From assembly GCA_012295275.1 (NCBI GenBank), contig CM022670.1:28644001-28708000 (forward strand): 64,000 bases of DNA, written 5' to 3'. Made by a program: the position numbers and the translations under genes. The stretch is from Chrysomallon squamiferum. Its lineage: Eukaryota > Animalia > Mollusca. Under the pieces are notes generated by a model, which was not told the origin of the DNA, did not search any database, and saw only the letters and a list, made by a program, of their open reading frames with translations. Positions 40,231 to 56,000 of this stretch are shown one piece after another (position 1 is the first letter of the stretch; every line of letters starts with the position of its first letter).

Positions 40231-41146
40231 TAAAATTTACCTTCGTTTGATATATTAATTTATGGACTTATATATTTAGATGTTTGTCATAATATGATAT
40301 GTCTGTATACAGTATAGAGTATAGCTTGAGTTAAGTATTTCACTATTTGTCAGTCGTCTCCCTTCGTCAAGTTAGTAGTCTGTGACTCGATTATTCTTAT
40401 ATTCAGACATTGTTAACTGTCAATGTCAGTTTTATGAATACAAGTTTGGCTTATTAAAAATACGTGAACTACAATTGGTGTCTGCTACAAAGATAATTAA
40501 TATTTTATAGCAAGATTCTGCTAAATTTACTTTGATTTTTTTGATACCTTGAATTCTTGTAATTATAATATTAATAACTCATAAGAGTCATAATTTTTCA
40601 TATGTCTATGATACTTGATACGATTCTTGTTTCTGATGTTTCTGAATCACAAATATTGTCACCATCCGAAACTGCAAACTTGTCATTGAAATATTTCACT
40701 GTTAATCACAAACTGAAAACATAATTTTAAAAATAATTACTTATTTCTTTAGTTTATTCAGCAATTGTACCAACATCACATATTTTAGTATCAAATAAAA
40801 CTTCTGTAAAAAATAAAAAATAAAATTCCTACAAAACTCTAATACTTTTTATAAAAGAATTTTGATAAATTTTTTATTTTTAATGCCATATTTTTGTTAG
40901 TAGGACTGACATAATACTTACATACATATATATATATATATAGGCCTATGTATATTTTATTAATTATTTTGTTTGTTTGTTTCTGCAGTACTTTTTTTAA
41001 ACAACAACCAAAACTAATAAATAAATAATAAATAATTAAATAAATAAAATAGATGAAACTTTTTAAAAATAAAATGAAGATATATGTTAATGATATTTTC
41101 TGATATGAATAATTTCAAAGCTATTATGTTTTCCAGTTATTAAACC

Positions 41147-44100
41147 ATGGCTGCAGCTGAAGAGGAAAGATTTTACATTGAATTATGTAAAAAACCTATT
41201 CGATTTGAGCCTATTACAAGTGTTAGCAAAGCAAATAATATATTTTTTGATGATGCCAATAAACAAGTAAGAATTTACACTCTTTTTTCTTGACTGTTCT
41301 GAATTATTAATCAATGAAATTACTGACAACGATATATTAAAAAGATAGGTTAAAATCAAATCATTTTAATTTAGTGTTTTAATTTTTAATATTTTATTTT
41401 TTAATTATTTGCATCATTTAAATATACTGAGTTATGATTTGGTTTTTGTTTGCAGGTTTTTGAAATTAGATCACGAGGAGCAATGGGTGTTACAGTTAAA
41501 GGTCCTGATGAAAAGACATCAATATCTTTTAGGTATGTTAAAATGACATATACTGAGACACAGAAAAAACAGCTATTTTCTTCTTTAAACACTTGTGGTT
41601 TAGTTTTTTAATTTTTGGTAGCTTCAATCAGTCAAAAGCTCAGTCTAACATTTTTATCAGCAAATATTTACTCAATTTTTAAAATCTTTTATTCAGTAGT
41701 GTTATTAAAATAAACAGTTTTTAATTAATTATATGTAAATAAGCAGCAGTCTTCTCAGACCAGTGTAATTAACACATACATTAAGACAGAGATATACAGA
41801 ATATCACATTGCAGATATAATTACTATTTCAATACTAAAGAAGAAAAAAAAAATAATAATAATAAAGGGTAATAGATAAACATTAGTTGGCAAAAATAAA
41901 ATTGTATCTCTTTCGTTAGACAGGGTTTTTGTTTCTTTTTTAAAGCATTTATTACTTCTTTGTGTCTTTACATTTAAGAATGGAAGACAGAGGAGATGTT
42001 ATATCAGTGAAATTTTCACCTGACAGAAAAATACTGGCCATTCAGAGATCCAATAAATCTGTTGTAAGTGAAAAATAAGTCTGATTTTTAGAATTGTAAA
42101 TTAAAACATTTTGAATTTCATGACATTCTGCTTTAGGTGCAATTAAGCATAGTATGTTACTGTTATAAAAACTTTTTTATTTTATCATTTTATATAAGTT
42201 TTTCCTGGATTTTCATTTTTGTACTTTGTACTTTTTCTTATTGTGAAAATCTTCCAAACATTAGTTAATATAAATTTATTATTTAATTGTAAATCAAAGT
42301 CACAATGAACTGTTACATTTCTTTTTTCTGTCATAAATCACTTGGAAGTCATTTATGATTTAACAAGTATGCATTTTATACACATCTGTTATCCAAATGC
42401 TTAAAGCAGATGTGTTTCAGATATTTATAGAGTTATTTTTTAAAGAGTGCCTGTATTATTTTTTGTTTATTATCATAATTTTTTTTTTAAATAATTTTTT
42501 ATAATTATATACAGGAATTTATTAACTTTAATACTGACATGACACCTGATCCTGTTGAATATTCACAAACATGTAAGGTATGTTAGATATTATTTCTTTC
42601 TTAATGGTTAAACCTTTTATCTTTCTTATTAAAGTTTTTTATATGATGAGATTATGTAAAAATATATTCATAAATTGTATAATACTGAAATTTTCATTTT
42701 GGTTTTAAGAGAACCTCCATTAATGAAGAATTGAGCCTATTCATTTAATGGAAGTCATGAGTTGGAAGGAATATTATTTCATAATTACTGTAATATTCAT
42801 TTTATTATTACTGTTGTTGTTGTTGTTGTTATTTTATAATTACTGCATGTTAATTTCTTTAGGGCAAATCCACTGAAATGATTGGCTTCGTTTGGACTGC
42901 TGTCAATGAGATTGCCTTCATTACAAACCATGGACTTGAACAGTATCAGGTATGTCTCAAATTCTTCTTAAATATATAGGCTGATATTCATGTTTGCTAC
43001 ATACTTCTCAGACACTGTTCCTTCATAATGCATTCTTCAATATTATTTGAAATTTACAAATATATTAGTGGAAAAAAAAAAAAACTTTACCATTTTGATT
43101 TAGTTCTGTAATAAATTTCTGTTTATTTCTAAATAATGTAGGAACAGAGTATATTATATGGTAACTTTATATAAAGTTTTGATGTTATTTAATATTAAAG
43201 AGTGATATTAAATTTTGAATCTTCCTAGGTGTATATAATTTATTTTTATTTTTAAAATAAATATGTAGAAAACTACATGAACAAATGTTTATAGTATTTA
43301 AATGTATTTTTAATTTATATCAATAGGTCTTTCCTGAAAAACATAGCTTGAAAAGTCAAAAGGCAGTCAGTCTTCAGATTAACTGGTTTGTGTGGCTGGT
43401 GAGCTTTCATTTTTATTTCCTGTTTTGAATACTATATAAATTACATATTGAGATAAAAGTTCTCTGATATAACAAAAATATATGTGCTATTGTTAATATT
43501 TTTACATTTCCATGCTTTAAAAACAAATAATACATTCCAGTACTGTAAAATCAAATAGCTGAAGTTATTTCAGAGAGAAAATATTGTGTGTTTAAAACTA
43601 GAAATATAAAACATTTAATAAAAATATTTGCTGGTATCATACTAATAATATCACTAATTAGTTTCATCTTTGATTGCCTTAGCTTACCTATCATATTAAC
43701 TGTAGAGAAGTTTTATTTCATTTTGCTAATTGTTTTAGGCTGAAAGCTCTATCCTGGTCCTTTCATCAGGAGCTCTGGGCAATGCACTGCATCCATTTCA
43801 GTTCAAAGTAAGTAATTAGTAAATCTGCATTTTTCTTATTTGTATGTTTTAGTCATTTACAGAACTTTTAATAAAATGTGGATTCTTTCTTTTTTGAATT
43901 TTATCTATGTAATGCAGTAAATTATTTGAAATAAAACTGTAGCAATTTGTTTCCTATATAATTTCTTGTATTTTAACAGTTAATATCTTGCTGAATTTTA
44001 AGTCTCAATGCAACAAGCCAAAATATTCTGTTTTGGACAAAAAGGTATACAGGAACATAAATATTGTTAGTATTTTATTTTTTCAATCTGTAAATAAAAG

Positions 44101-47100
44101 GAATTTATCAGTAGTTATTTTGGTAACTCTAAATCTAATATTATTTTTGTATTTTAGCCTGGCTTCTTAAATCGTCTGCCAAAGTTTGAAGTTGATCTTC
44201 CAGTCATTCCTAAACCTCCAAAACTTTGTTTGTTGGAGAGAGATGTCATAATAGCAACCATGTAAATATTTGATTACACTAATTAACTGATTTTAAAAAC
44301 TATTTTATATTTATTATTAAACTGCTTTCAATGGGTCAGAATTCATATTTTGTACACATTTTATAATTTAATATTTTCTAATGAATTGTAATATGTCATG
44401 CTGCACTGAATGTGACAGTCTTTCTTCCACACTGAGGGACTTCATTTCATTACTGTAACATTTTGTGAAACCATTTGAAAATATGATTTTAGATATGAAA
44501 ATGTTAAATCGAACTGTTATATTTACTTCGTAAAAATATTTTTCTTTATTTCTTTCAAATTATATTTGTTAGTGTTTATTAAATATATGTATCTTTTGTT
44601 GTAGCTATGGATATCTGTATATAGTTGTATTAAGACATCAACCAAATGCTTCTGTTGGAGCTGAAATTGTTCTCTATCAACTTCAGAAGTAAGTAATAAT
44701 GCATAATGTTTTATTATTTTTTATATCTTATGCGTAACGATAAAGCTGCCCAAAATATTTAAAAGTTAAACTATTGTAATGCATTTCTATATAAATAAAT
44801 AATAATTCTTGTAGAGACAGTCCTGCCAAGAAGTCAGATATTCTTCAGCTGGATATGAGTGGTAGATTTGCCATCAACATTGTTGACAATCTAGTCATGG
44901 TACATCACCAAGCATCAAAGGTAATTGTATTGAAAATCAACATAAGGTATTTTTTTTGTTTGTAATATATGATTAATCATAGACTTAGAAGCTACTCTTA
45001 TGATTTTCACCATAATAATGTTTCAGCTTCAACAAAAAGAAGAAAAAAGTTACAAATAAAATAAAGTAATGAACAAAAATAATAATAAAAAAGTAAACTG
45101 AAGAAAAAGAAAGAAAAAAAGATAGTAATAATATATCATTAAAGCAAAAAAAATACCAACAAATACCATACAATTATAAGGATTAAGAAAATAATTTCTT
45201 TACATAAACCTTCTCTGACAACAAGATCTGAACATAGATGTTTTTAATTTGAATTGTTTTCTTTTTTTCATTTTAGTTTTCTAGTGCATAAGAACAGAAT
45301 TATTACTTGAAAGTTTATTAAATTGTAAGTTCTTTTAAGATGCTACATGTTTGTATTAATACAGTATTTTTAATTTTGTAAAGACATCACTGATTTTTGA
45401 TATCAAAATGGGAGGTGATACGGATGCTGTTGTGAAGATTCACTATTCTGTATTACCACCTCTGCCAATCAAACCATCCAAAATTTTGTTACCATGTAAG
45501 TCATAACAAATTTATCATTTAATAAGTAATGCTTTTACAATTTAATAATTTTTAATTTTAAATATGTGCAGATAAAATATATATAGTTATCTTTTGAATC
45601 TTTTTTACATTTCAAGTTAAAATATACTATTCATTTGAACAATACTGGAATGATTCCGTAGATTAAATTTGTATATTTCTTGGAGTACACTTTGTTAAAT
45701 ATTTAACCTGGACAAAATATCAATATCATAATCCTCAAACCATTTTTGTAAAAGTTGTTAATGTTCATCACAACATAGGAATTACTGTTTAATTACTCCT
45801 TTATTTTCAGCTTTGAGCATGACAGCTGGCACAGAGAAGAAAGAATACAACTGTGAATTGTGTATCCTTTACGGACTTTTAAAACTAATTTCTTTAAACA
45901 AACAGGTTATCTTGGTTTTACAATTACATTATTAAATTTACTTTTCTTTCTGACAATTTGTTCACATTAAAAAAAGAAAAATATTTATGTGGTCCAGAAT
46001 TACAATAATTTATTTTTTAATATTTTTATTGACAAGATAATTAGATATACATGCCATTCTTAATGAATAAACTTTAACTGACAAAAGATTCAGGAAACTG
46101 GATAGTTTTTCAACCAGATGTTATCATTGATATCAAACTAGGTAAGCTGACTGATTTTGTCTTAAGGTATAGTTTGCCTGTCATCTATCTCTGCCATTTT
46201 CAGGTTTTTAATTTTATCATTTCAGTGTACACTGACATTAAATTTTAAAAAATAATCTTATTTTGCTATTAATCATTAATATATTAACCTGCTGTACCTG
46301 CATGCAATTTGACTTCCTGTAGTAGATTGATTTCTGTACATTGTTGTGAGATAACCTGCATTTATTTACTCTAAAGTCTTTAATTTTGTTGATTATTTTA
46401 CAGGTTGTCTGTGGTACATCAAACTGAATCTTGAGCCACTGGTTACAATGCTTTCTGATAAGGTTTGTATTAATAATAGCATTAATTTGAATAGTTAAAA
46501 AATATGTAAAAAAATATATGATGTAAAAATATTTATTGTTCTCGAAATGTAAAATGAGAAATTGATTATTATGAAGTATTCATTCAGGGATTTTATAGAA
46601 AAACACAAATAACTAAGTTACTATAGGATTTTAAAATTGATTTAATTTAGAGAAATTATGATAAAGTAGATAGAGCAGTACCTATTATTTTCTTGTTTTG
46701 TAAATACAGTTGATTGAAATTATTATATTGTGTTTGTAAGATGAGACTTTAGATAGATGCATTTTAATTGGATCTATTTTCATACATATTTATTTATATA
46801 AATAATTTTAGCATAAAAAGAAAATGCTTGATATGGAAATGTGCAGCATGTGGAAATCACACAAATCAACAGTTTAATTTAAAGTTTTTTTTATTTATAT
46901 TAAAAATTTTCTTGTAGTGTAAACTGATTCACTTTTTGTTGTGTCGTCGAGACAGCAAGCAGGTGATTCTCTCTGTGTGTAAACAGATGCTCATTCCAGG
47001 TTTTCAGGTCAAACTTCCCATTATCTCACAAGCCTATGACATGCTCAACCAAGTCTACAAGGCTTACCGAGATGCAGAGTCACAAGTTTTGGTTAATATT

Positions 47101-50038
47101 ATTAAATATCAGAAGCTGTTTCTAATTCAGAGATAGTGTTCATTGATTTTAAATATTTATCAAAATAAAATGTGGACTTTGTGTTAATAACAAGAGAGAT
47201 CTAGCCTTTTTGTTCCAAATAAAGATGCCACTGATTGGGGGAAAAAACTTCTGGTAATTATATTTTTACAGTAAAATACAACTTTATGTATCACATATAT
47301 GTTTTGCTAATAAAGAATGTGATAGTCATTACTTACTTCTTAAAGTTTTTGGACAGTATATTACATATTTCAGGTTCATTTTTAATAACAGAAATTAAAA
47401 ATATTAAGTAATTTTCTTTTCAATATGTAAAATAAATTTATTCTCTTCTTTTAAGGTTGCTTTTTTTTTGTTTTGTTTTTAAGACAGGAGAACTTTCTCC
47501 TTCAACAATGCAAAATACTTGGAAGCGGAAAGTGATCATAGATCAGTCAGATATGTACACCCATGTTTTTTCTGTCACTGAGGAATGTAAGGTAATTGTT
47601 ATTCTCTTTTCAAAGTTACGGTAGCATATCTATTAATTTTTGATAATTTGGGCCATTATTTGGATCATTATTATTTTTTGTTGCTAAGTTATACTTCATA
47701 TTATCATTAACATGAAGAATACATATCATATGTTACATTTATTTTGAGTGAAATTATGCACTGAGGAATCTGGGGTTTTGGTTTTTTTTTCCCACACCAA
47801 AGATCTGTTTTCAGAGTTATATTTTGTTTTCAGGATATTCCTTACAAATTCATGGTAGCTGTCTTAATAGAATATATACGATCTCTGAACCAGTTCAATA
47901 TACCTGTACAAGTAAGTAATTATGTTTGGTAATTGATACATATTGATAAGAATTGATACATTTAAAAATAGTCATTTCAGTAAAAATAATAAAATATTTA
48001 CTTTGTAGACTTAAAGGTTAGAACATCTACCAGCAAAAAAATGAAAAATATGTTGAATTTTTATTTAAAGTGTAAATAATCTTTTTACTTTTATATGAGC
48101 TTAAATCAAAGTTAATTATTTTTGTTTCTATTTTCAGCATTATCTTTATGAGCTGATCATCAACATCCTTGTAAACAACAACTGTTTCTACCAGCTTCAT
48201 CAGTTTTTACAGTATCATGTGCTCAGTGATTCTAAACCACTGGTTAATATATTGATTGAGAGAATATAATTTTTGTTACTGACAACTTATTTATACATTA
48301 TATAGAATTTTATGTTAAAACGCTTAAATTTTAAACAATTGATATCTGAATGAAGGAAATTGTGAAATCTGAAATATTTATATAATTTGTGATTGGTAGT
48401 GTTTATATGATTGTAGCTTCTTACCATATTTTGTATTTATATATTTTTTTAACTTGGTCAAGGCTGAATAGACCTGCTAAAATAAACTATTTCTATACAT
48501 TTCTGTAATGGTTTCATATGAATTAATTTGATGTTTTATAGGCATGTTTGATGTTATCATTGGAAAGTGCATATCCTCCAGCCCACCAGCTTGCTTTGGA
48601 TATGTTGAAGGTTAGAAAAAAACTTCTGAAGCTTAGATAGAGTAAAGCAGAAAAAAGTAAAAAAAGAAAAATTTAAAGTAAAAACGAATTTCAGACAATA
48701 CTATTAGTTTATGTCAGAGTCTGTGTAAAGCTACATTATAAAGCTTCATTAATGTATGTTAAAATTACTGTACCCCAGAAATATTGTTTCTTAAATGAAA
48801 GTTGTTGTTTTAGTCTCGTCTATACATATTCTGAATTTCTTAAGGGAAATTGGCTAATAGTTTTAAGATACTATTTGTTTAGTTTCTAATTAAACATAAA
48901 ATAACTGCAAAAACAATCACTATCTAGTACAAATGTTATACTTGTTTTAGATGTCTGTTTCAGATTATATGAAAATTTATTTATTTAATATTTTCTTAAT
49001 TACATTTTTAGAGGTTGCAGACAGCCAATGAAGAGATCATTGAAGTTCTTTTGTCAAAACATCAGCTACTACCTGCCTTGAGGTATTTATTTTTATAAAA
49101 ATGAATAAATATTAATGGATAAATATCTTCATTTACTGTAAGCCGTTGTAAAGTGTGTTTTTATGGGAAAGAGAATATTAAATATCTTCTGTTGTACATA
49201 TGGGAAAAATGTAGCAGATTTCATCTGAAGACTTCATACCAGAAAAGAATAGAGGTTTGAAATATGTAACCAGTGATAGAAAATTCATCACTTAGAAATG
49301 ATACCAAACAAAGTATACTTTAAATAAAATTATATAATCACAACATTAACATTTGCCTTTTTTTCTCTCCAACTGATAATTGGAAATAATAAATATAAAT
49401 CTTGTATTTTGATTCTAGGTTTATACGAAGTGTTGGCATTGTTGATTCTGTCTCAGCAAGAAAGTTCTTAGAAACTGCAATGAATACTGGCGACAAGATG
49501 CTCTTTTATACAGTTTTTAAATTCTTTGAAGACAGAAATTTAAGACTGAAAGGGAATCCAAGATTTCAACCAGGTACATTGTTGTATTATGCATTACATA
49601 TTATTATTATTAGTTTTTTTTAAATAAATCATTTCTTGTAAGAATAACAATATCTGAAAATAATTTTAAAGATTTAAAACTTTGCAGTAACATTAATAAC
49701 AACTGATACAAACTTATCTTTTTAAGTCAGAAAATATTTATTTATTTATTTATTTTGTTTCTTCATTTAAAAAAAATATATATTTTAGAAATAATAGTTG
49801 AAAAAAAGGAAAAGTTTAAAACTTTGCAATGGTATCAATAATAGGTGATTGATTTTAAACAAAATAATTATAAAACTGGTTGTTGAAAGTTGTGATTAAT
49901 CACTTTTTTAATGTATCACAATAATTACTGTTTGTCCTTTCTTTTTCTTTTTTAGGAGAACATTGTGATCAGTATGTGAAACACTTTGAATCCCTGTATG
50001 GAACAGAAGCTCTTGGTATTGTTCCAGTTCACAACTAA
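41147..50038 (+). CDS. RMC1: Regulator of MON1-CCZ1 complex (C18orf8/Mic1/Bulli), 22 coding exons, 661 aa
   Basis: Exons 41147-41266, 41456-41532, 41979-42063, 42515-42577, 42863-42949, 43327-43398, 43739-43807, 44158-44261, 44605-44688, 44815-44920, 45384-45495, 45811-45861, 46088-46141, 46404-46462, 46918-47091, 47484-47591, 47834-47911, 48138-48242, 48542-48610, 49012-49082, 49419-49573, 49956-50038 (1986 nt, in frame). Motifs FFDDANKQVF, GRFAINIVDNLVMVHHQ, WIVFQPD, EYIRSLNQF, LHQFLQYHVLSDSKPLACLMLSLE, SARKFLE and FFEDRNLRLKGNPRFQPGEHC match RMC1. Confidence 0.96.
45862..46087 (+). other. U12-type (minor spliceosome) GT-AG intron in RMC1
   Basis: 5' splice site GTATCCTTT is the U12 consensus. 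Branch-like TTCTTAAT and CTTTAAC lie just upstream of the AAAAG 3' end, with no polypyrimidine tract. Splicing restores the conserved CELY-SGNWIVFQPD. Confidence 0.88.
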
Positions 50039-53000
50039 CTAACTGGAAGCCAGTTTATAAATCAGTAGTGCAATATGAAGGCATCACAAATTATGCCTGT
50101 GATACATTCCTGTATTTTTTTCTTCATATTTTAGTTGTTGTTCTGTTTGTTCTTTTCTGTTATTCTGTATAAACTGTTTTTGTTGTTAGTGCACATTTTG
50201 TTTGAATTAAAGATTAGTATATACTCAATGAAGGTGATAAGATATTCATTTTAATAATGCAGAAATAAACTGGAAAGACAATTTTATATCTAGAATTATG
50301 ATGTCAATAATTTAAAAAAAATATTTGTTTTATAGTAAGCAAAAATGGAAGAAGAATCATGTAAATTTTAACAAAGACTAATAATAAATCAGTTTTGAGT
50401 TTTTTATGCAATTATACTGTGTCAATTAGAAAATGTTTTATCCACTATCATGTGTACTTTGATTATACTGGATTCTAGCAGTTTTTTGTATAATCACAAC
50501 TGTGGAATGTTTCTTAGAATGTGAAAAAGAAGTTGCTTAATAATCCCTCAATTTATTTTTTTCTCTGAAAATAAATAAGTTGATATCTGATTCATAAAAT
50601 ATATACAATAACAGTTTCTTCATCTTAGTTTATAAATTATTGTCTTGTAAAATATCTTTACCTGAATTACACACTGATAGCTCATTTCATCGTCAGCAAA
50701 ATAAATCCAGTTGAATTGAAATGTTACTATACTTTTTCATTTTTGTTTGTTACTGTACTTTTATATTTCACCCACAGACTGAATTGAAATTCAGTAACCA
50801 TTTGAAACTGAAACAAACAAAATATATTTTGCTATGTGGAATTTTGTTCATATTTACACATGTAACAATTAATTTATTATTATAAATTATGATGTTATTT
50901 TAAAACAACTGTGATACCTTATTTTGTACTTAGTTAATCCTAGACATACATTTCTGTTATCACACTTTTATTTTACAAGTCTGTAGAAAACAATATGCAG
51001 TATCATAGTAATAATGAAACCAAGTCAATTGCATCAACTTACCCACTCAAATACTCATTTCTAGAGGAAATATTTATTTAATTAATTAAATATTTAAAAT
51101 AAAAACAAAATAAATAAATAATGATTAATTTTTGATTGGTTTGGTCTCCAAACTTGGGCTAAGACAGGTCATGAATTACATTTACATATTACATTGTTGA
51201 AAAACAGCAGTATTATTATAAGTTTACTTATATAAGGTATGGAAATTTTCTCTAGTCTGTGAAAAAGGAAGTTGAATACATTATTTGTTAAAATACTTTT
51301 TTAAGCAGTAATCAATTGTCAAAAATTATTTAATTTAGGTATGTGTGAACACACATATAATATATATGTGTTTTAATTAATTGAGAGTAATGTTCTGAAA
51401 ATCAGCATTTCATTTATTTTTATTTAATTTTATACTATTTTATGTAACAAGTTAATTGTAAATAAATGTAAATAAAGCTGTAATCATGTATAAATATATT
51501 TTCTTTTGTTTCTTTAAAAAAAAAAAAAATATGTACCATTCATAAATGCAGCAAAATATTTAAAGATTAAAATTGTTTTGTGTGTATATACATGTAAGGC
51601 AAATTTTTTTTTTTTAATTTTTTAATCAAATCGTTACTAAAAATTTGGTCAAAATATTTAATAATTAGATCTCACCCTTCTTATTTTTTGCATGTATTTT
51701 AAATATCAAGCCTATTTATCTTTTTAAAAGGTGTAATTCAAATTAAAATGTTTTATATTAATACATGTTCAAGGACTTTAATGAGTAGAATTATTAAGAC
51801 TTTCAATTTCTGTGTTTTAGTTTCCCAAATGACTAGGTGTTTTTTTTTATATAATGTTGATAGTGACCAACTGTATACTTGTCCACTAAATAATTATAGT
51901 GTAAAGAAGTAATCCTTAAATGGGAGGAATTGGGAAGGTATTTATAATGTGGCAGCCAAGGACTGTAAGAACATGAATGTCGCATAGGATACTGAGCACC
52001 ACTGATGTAGAGAAATACAAAGTATCTATACTGATTAACACTAGGGAGTTCAAATGAGAAAAACAGATTTAACAAGTTTTCCAGTCTGAAGGCAACATGG
52101 CACCTAGATATATCTTCTGGATTTGACTCAGTGTACATTGTAAATATAAATTCCTAAGTTTTATTGAATGGAGACTGTGTTAAAGCATGGAAACAACAAT
52201 CAATACCAAGAACACAAAAATACCTTTGTTTAAATAGAAATAAAAAATATATATTATAAGGGTAAAAAAAAGAGGAAAGAAAACAAACAAAAAACCATCA
52301 CAGTTCCTTTAAATATAAAGTACAAAAAAAAGATGAAAAAGATTGATCAGCACTGAAATATTGATTTAATTCAAACAAAATACAAACAGTGGCTTAGAAA
52401 TATATGAACCATAACTAGATTATTATAAAAGACTGGTTTTTCTAGTATGTTAAGCATTAGTGAAAAAACAACAAAAAACAATACAAAGGTTTAACAGAAA
52501 TAATAAAAATACAAAATTGCACAAGAAACAAACACTATATTTGGTCAAATGAATCATCACCGGACAATTTGAAGGCTGAAATTATTAACATATCATTTAA
52601 AATCTAAACCAAAGCAAATATCCACATTTTAAATAATAATAATAATCATAAAAAAAAAAGTTACCAGTCCAATCTTCAACACAATAAAGACAAATTTATA
52701 GTGAAAAAAACAAAACAAAAATATGATAATAATTAAAAAATCAATTGTCAGAAAATTATGACATTTTAATGGCTTAATGTCTAAATTAGATTTCAGGTTT
52801 ACACTTACACTAAAATAATTATGTATGGTCCATTATCTGACTTGCTAGACAGTGGAACAAATGTTTTCTCATGTGCCATTAATTATATTTAATAAGAATG
52901 AAAAATGTATGAATTATTTTATATTTGGTAGTCTCCTTCCTTAATTATGCCAACCTCTACTTCTCAAAAAAAATCTTATAACCTTAATATTGTTGAAACA

Positions 53001-56000
53001 CAATAATTTCCATGACCATCATTTTATCTGCAGACGAAAAAATAATTCCAAGTTCTTAATAATATTTTCTCACGTATCTGCATCCTGCTATCTCTGAACT
53101 GATAATTTTTACAGTTTGCATGTTCTTTTTCAAACTTTTAAATAACATTTGTTTCACCGGCACACACACACACAAAATTAATCCTTCAAAAATGAAAAAA
53201 ATTAGTGATGATGATGATTGCTGTTTCTGTAAATGTTAAATCTCACAGAGAAATTTTTTTTTTTAAAATTCTGACCATATCAAATAGTTAAAAGATAGAT
53301 ACAATACGAACTATGTTTGAATAAACTGCATTCTAAACTTATTAAATGTCATCATTATTGTATCTGGTTTAAAGCATTTATTTATATAGGTATATTTTTT
53401 TTTTTTTTTTTTTTTTCTTGGAAGACAATGATAATCATGAGTCATTTTACTCTTAATCATATAAAGAAAATCTTATTCTTCAACAAAGAAATAAAAACAT
53501 TTTATTAGTTTTTAATATTAAAAATTTAATAATATTTTTGTTAATTTATTCTTTAAAAAAATTGAAATCACATTATTATTTTAGGAACTTTTTCCTCACT
53601 TAAATTTTTAATATTTCAAAGATGATAAATTGTACTTAGAACTGAATCTAAAAAAGATGATTGTCACAAAATATGAAAAGTAAATTATGCAAAAGAGTTT
53701 CTGAGTATTTCAATATTGCACATACCACTTCTTATTTTTTTATAATTTCATACATTTAAAAAGTTTTATTTATATTATATATGTGTGTGTGTGTATATAT
53801 ATATATATATAGGGTATGAAGAACAAAAAAAATTATCTAGAAAATCTTAAAGATTTCATGTTGACAACTATGTTCAAAAATAGTCCAGAAGGTGTTGAAG
53901 AAAGTATACAAACTTCACATCCTGAATATACATGTATAGAAATATATGCACAAAAACCTCTTAAAATGACCCTCTCATCAGATTATAAACTTCAGGAGGC
54001 AAAGCACTTTCATTTAACAAGGTATAATCCAATTCAAAACACTTCAGATGAAAAATAATGTATCTTAAGATATAGAAAAATCCCAAACCCCCAAAGTTTT
54101 ACATTTAGCAAAGTTATAAATTCAAAGTTACAAGATTGTTAATTTTAGTGACTGAAATTTTTTGTTTTGTTTCATTGAAAACTGTTGTTATAAAAACGGT
54201 CTGATAACATTTCTAGATATAAAACTGAAAAAACCCTGATTAATATTCTCTATATTAATTTATTAAACTAGATATATGATTTTCACCAGATTCATGTTTT
54301 TCAAGAGTACCTCAAAATAAAGTCATTAAAAATTGTAAAAGTCTATAATCTACATCTATCTAAATGTTACTAATAACCAGTGTGTAACTAATGGTTTCTG
54401 TTTAATGAAAGAAACATGTATTAAATGTTAGCACTAACTACAAATAATAATAATAATAAAATAACAGTAACAACATTAACTATTCTAGCTCAATCTACTC
54501 TATGTAATACACACAGTATTAATATAGTATAAAACTATCCAAAACAAACCACAAATGGTATATCTACTGGTAAATTAATGAAGCTATTTTAAATATTTCA
54601 TCTCTACACTTTATGTTTTGACAAGCTGGAGTACACAATTATGAATGTTAAAAGCCAAAAATGACTAATGACAATTCACAAAGTTAAAGTTTTTGCTAAC
54701 CAAAATTCTAACGAACATGAAAATAACCCACCTGTGGGAATATACTACAAAATCACTAGACACAATAGATAATACTTAAGTTATATATATTAATAAATAA
54801 TAGATTAAAAAAAAAAATAATAATAATAATTAATTTACATATAGGTGGAGGTAGATACTTATTACTGAACATAGTCAAAAGGAATTATGTTGTTTTGATG
54901 GTCATCTCATGTTCTATCTCATTATTTAAACCTGTAAAAAAATATGAAACTCCTTGATCCATAAACTGAACTAAAAACTTTGCAAATAGCTTTGATTGTC
55001 ACCGAGGGTCTTCATTTTAAACCTTTCTTCATGTACCAGGCTGCAAATCAAAAAAGCTTTTCCACTTTCTTGCTTGTTACAAAATACATTGGGTCACTCA
55101 CATCTGGTGATAAAAATATTTACACAAGTCAGGTTTGGTGGGATTTAAAGAAAAACAACACAAAAATACCCATCACTCTTGAAAAAAAAAAAAATAATAA
55201 TAATAATAAAAATAATAAATAAATAAATAAAAAAAAGGAAAAAGAAAAACATCTAAAAAGTCAGAAAGAACATTTTGCTAAGCAATCTCTTTGTGGTAGT
55301 ATCAAAATGTAAATGAAATTAATGTTTACAACAACAACTGATGTAAACTTCATTACTACAGTTATTACATACTTTAACCAGTGAGAACAACTAATAACAG
55401 TAAAAAGAGAAAAAGTAGATAATGAATATTCATTAATTATCCATGACCCTTTTGACACATTAATGAAGATGACAAAGCTCACATTCCACTGATTATTAAT
55501 GAACTTTAATCTTAGTACAGTGATCTCAAACGGTCAAAAAAAACCAACCGAGTATATCACCTTTGGTTTAAATATTGTATCAGTCTAGAATCAAAATATA
55601 TAGAGATTATACACAAACTAGTTTTAGAAATATTCAGAAGAGGCCGATTTATTTTATAACCTAACAATTTTATTTTTGTTCAGATGTTCAAAATAAATAT
55701 TTATGTAGGTTATTATTTTAATAAACTTTTAACTTTTTTAATTATAGATACATAACATTAATTAATTAATTTTATTCATACTTTATTTTTTTCTTCTAAT
55801 TATTACTGTTCTCATTTATTTCTCATTTTTTATTTAATATATTATTTCTGTTTAAGATGTGCAGCTGCTAAATGCAACATTGGTTTTTACTTCTCAAAGT
55901 GGACAAATTTAGATGTGTAAAAGGGCCTATATGTAAATTAAAAAAACACTAAGCTTAACAACAATAAAATAATAATAAATAAAATACAGTAGTGGTAAAC

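Noticed and set aside
53816-54058. 80-aa ATG ORF between RMC1 and ELOVL (also 51833-52138)
   Set aside because: No motif or exon context; this length is expected by chance.
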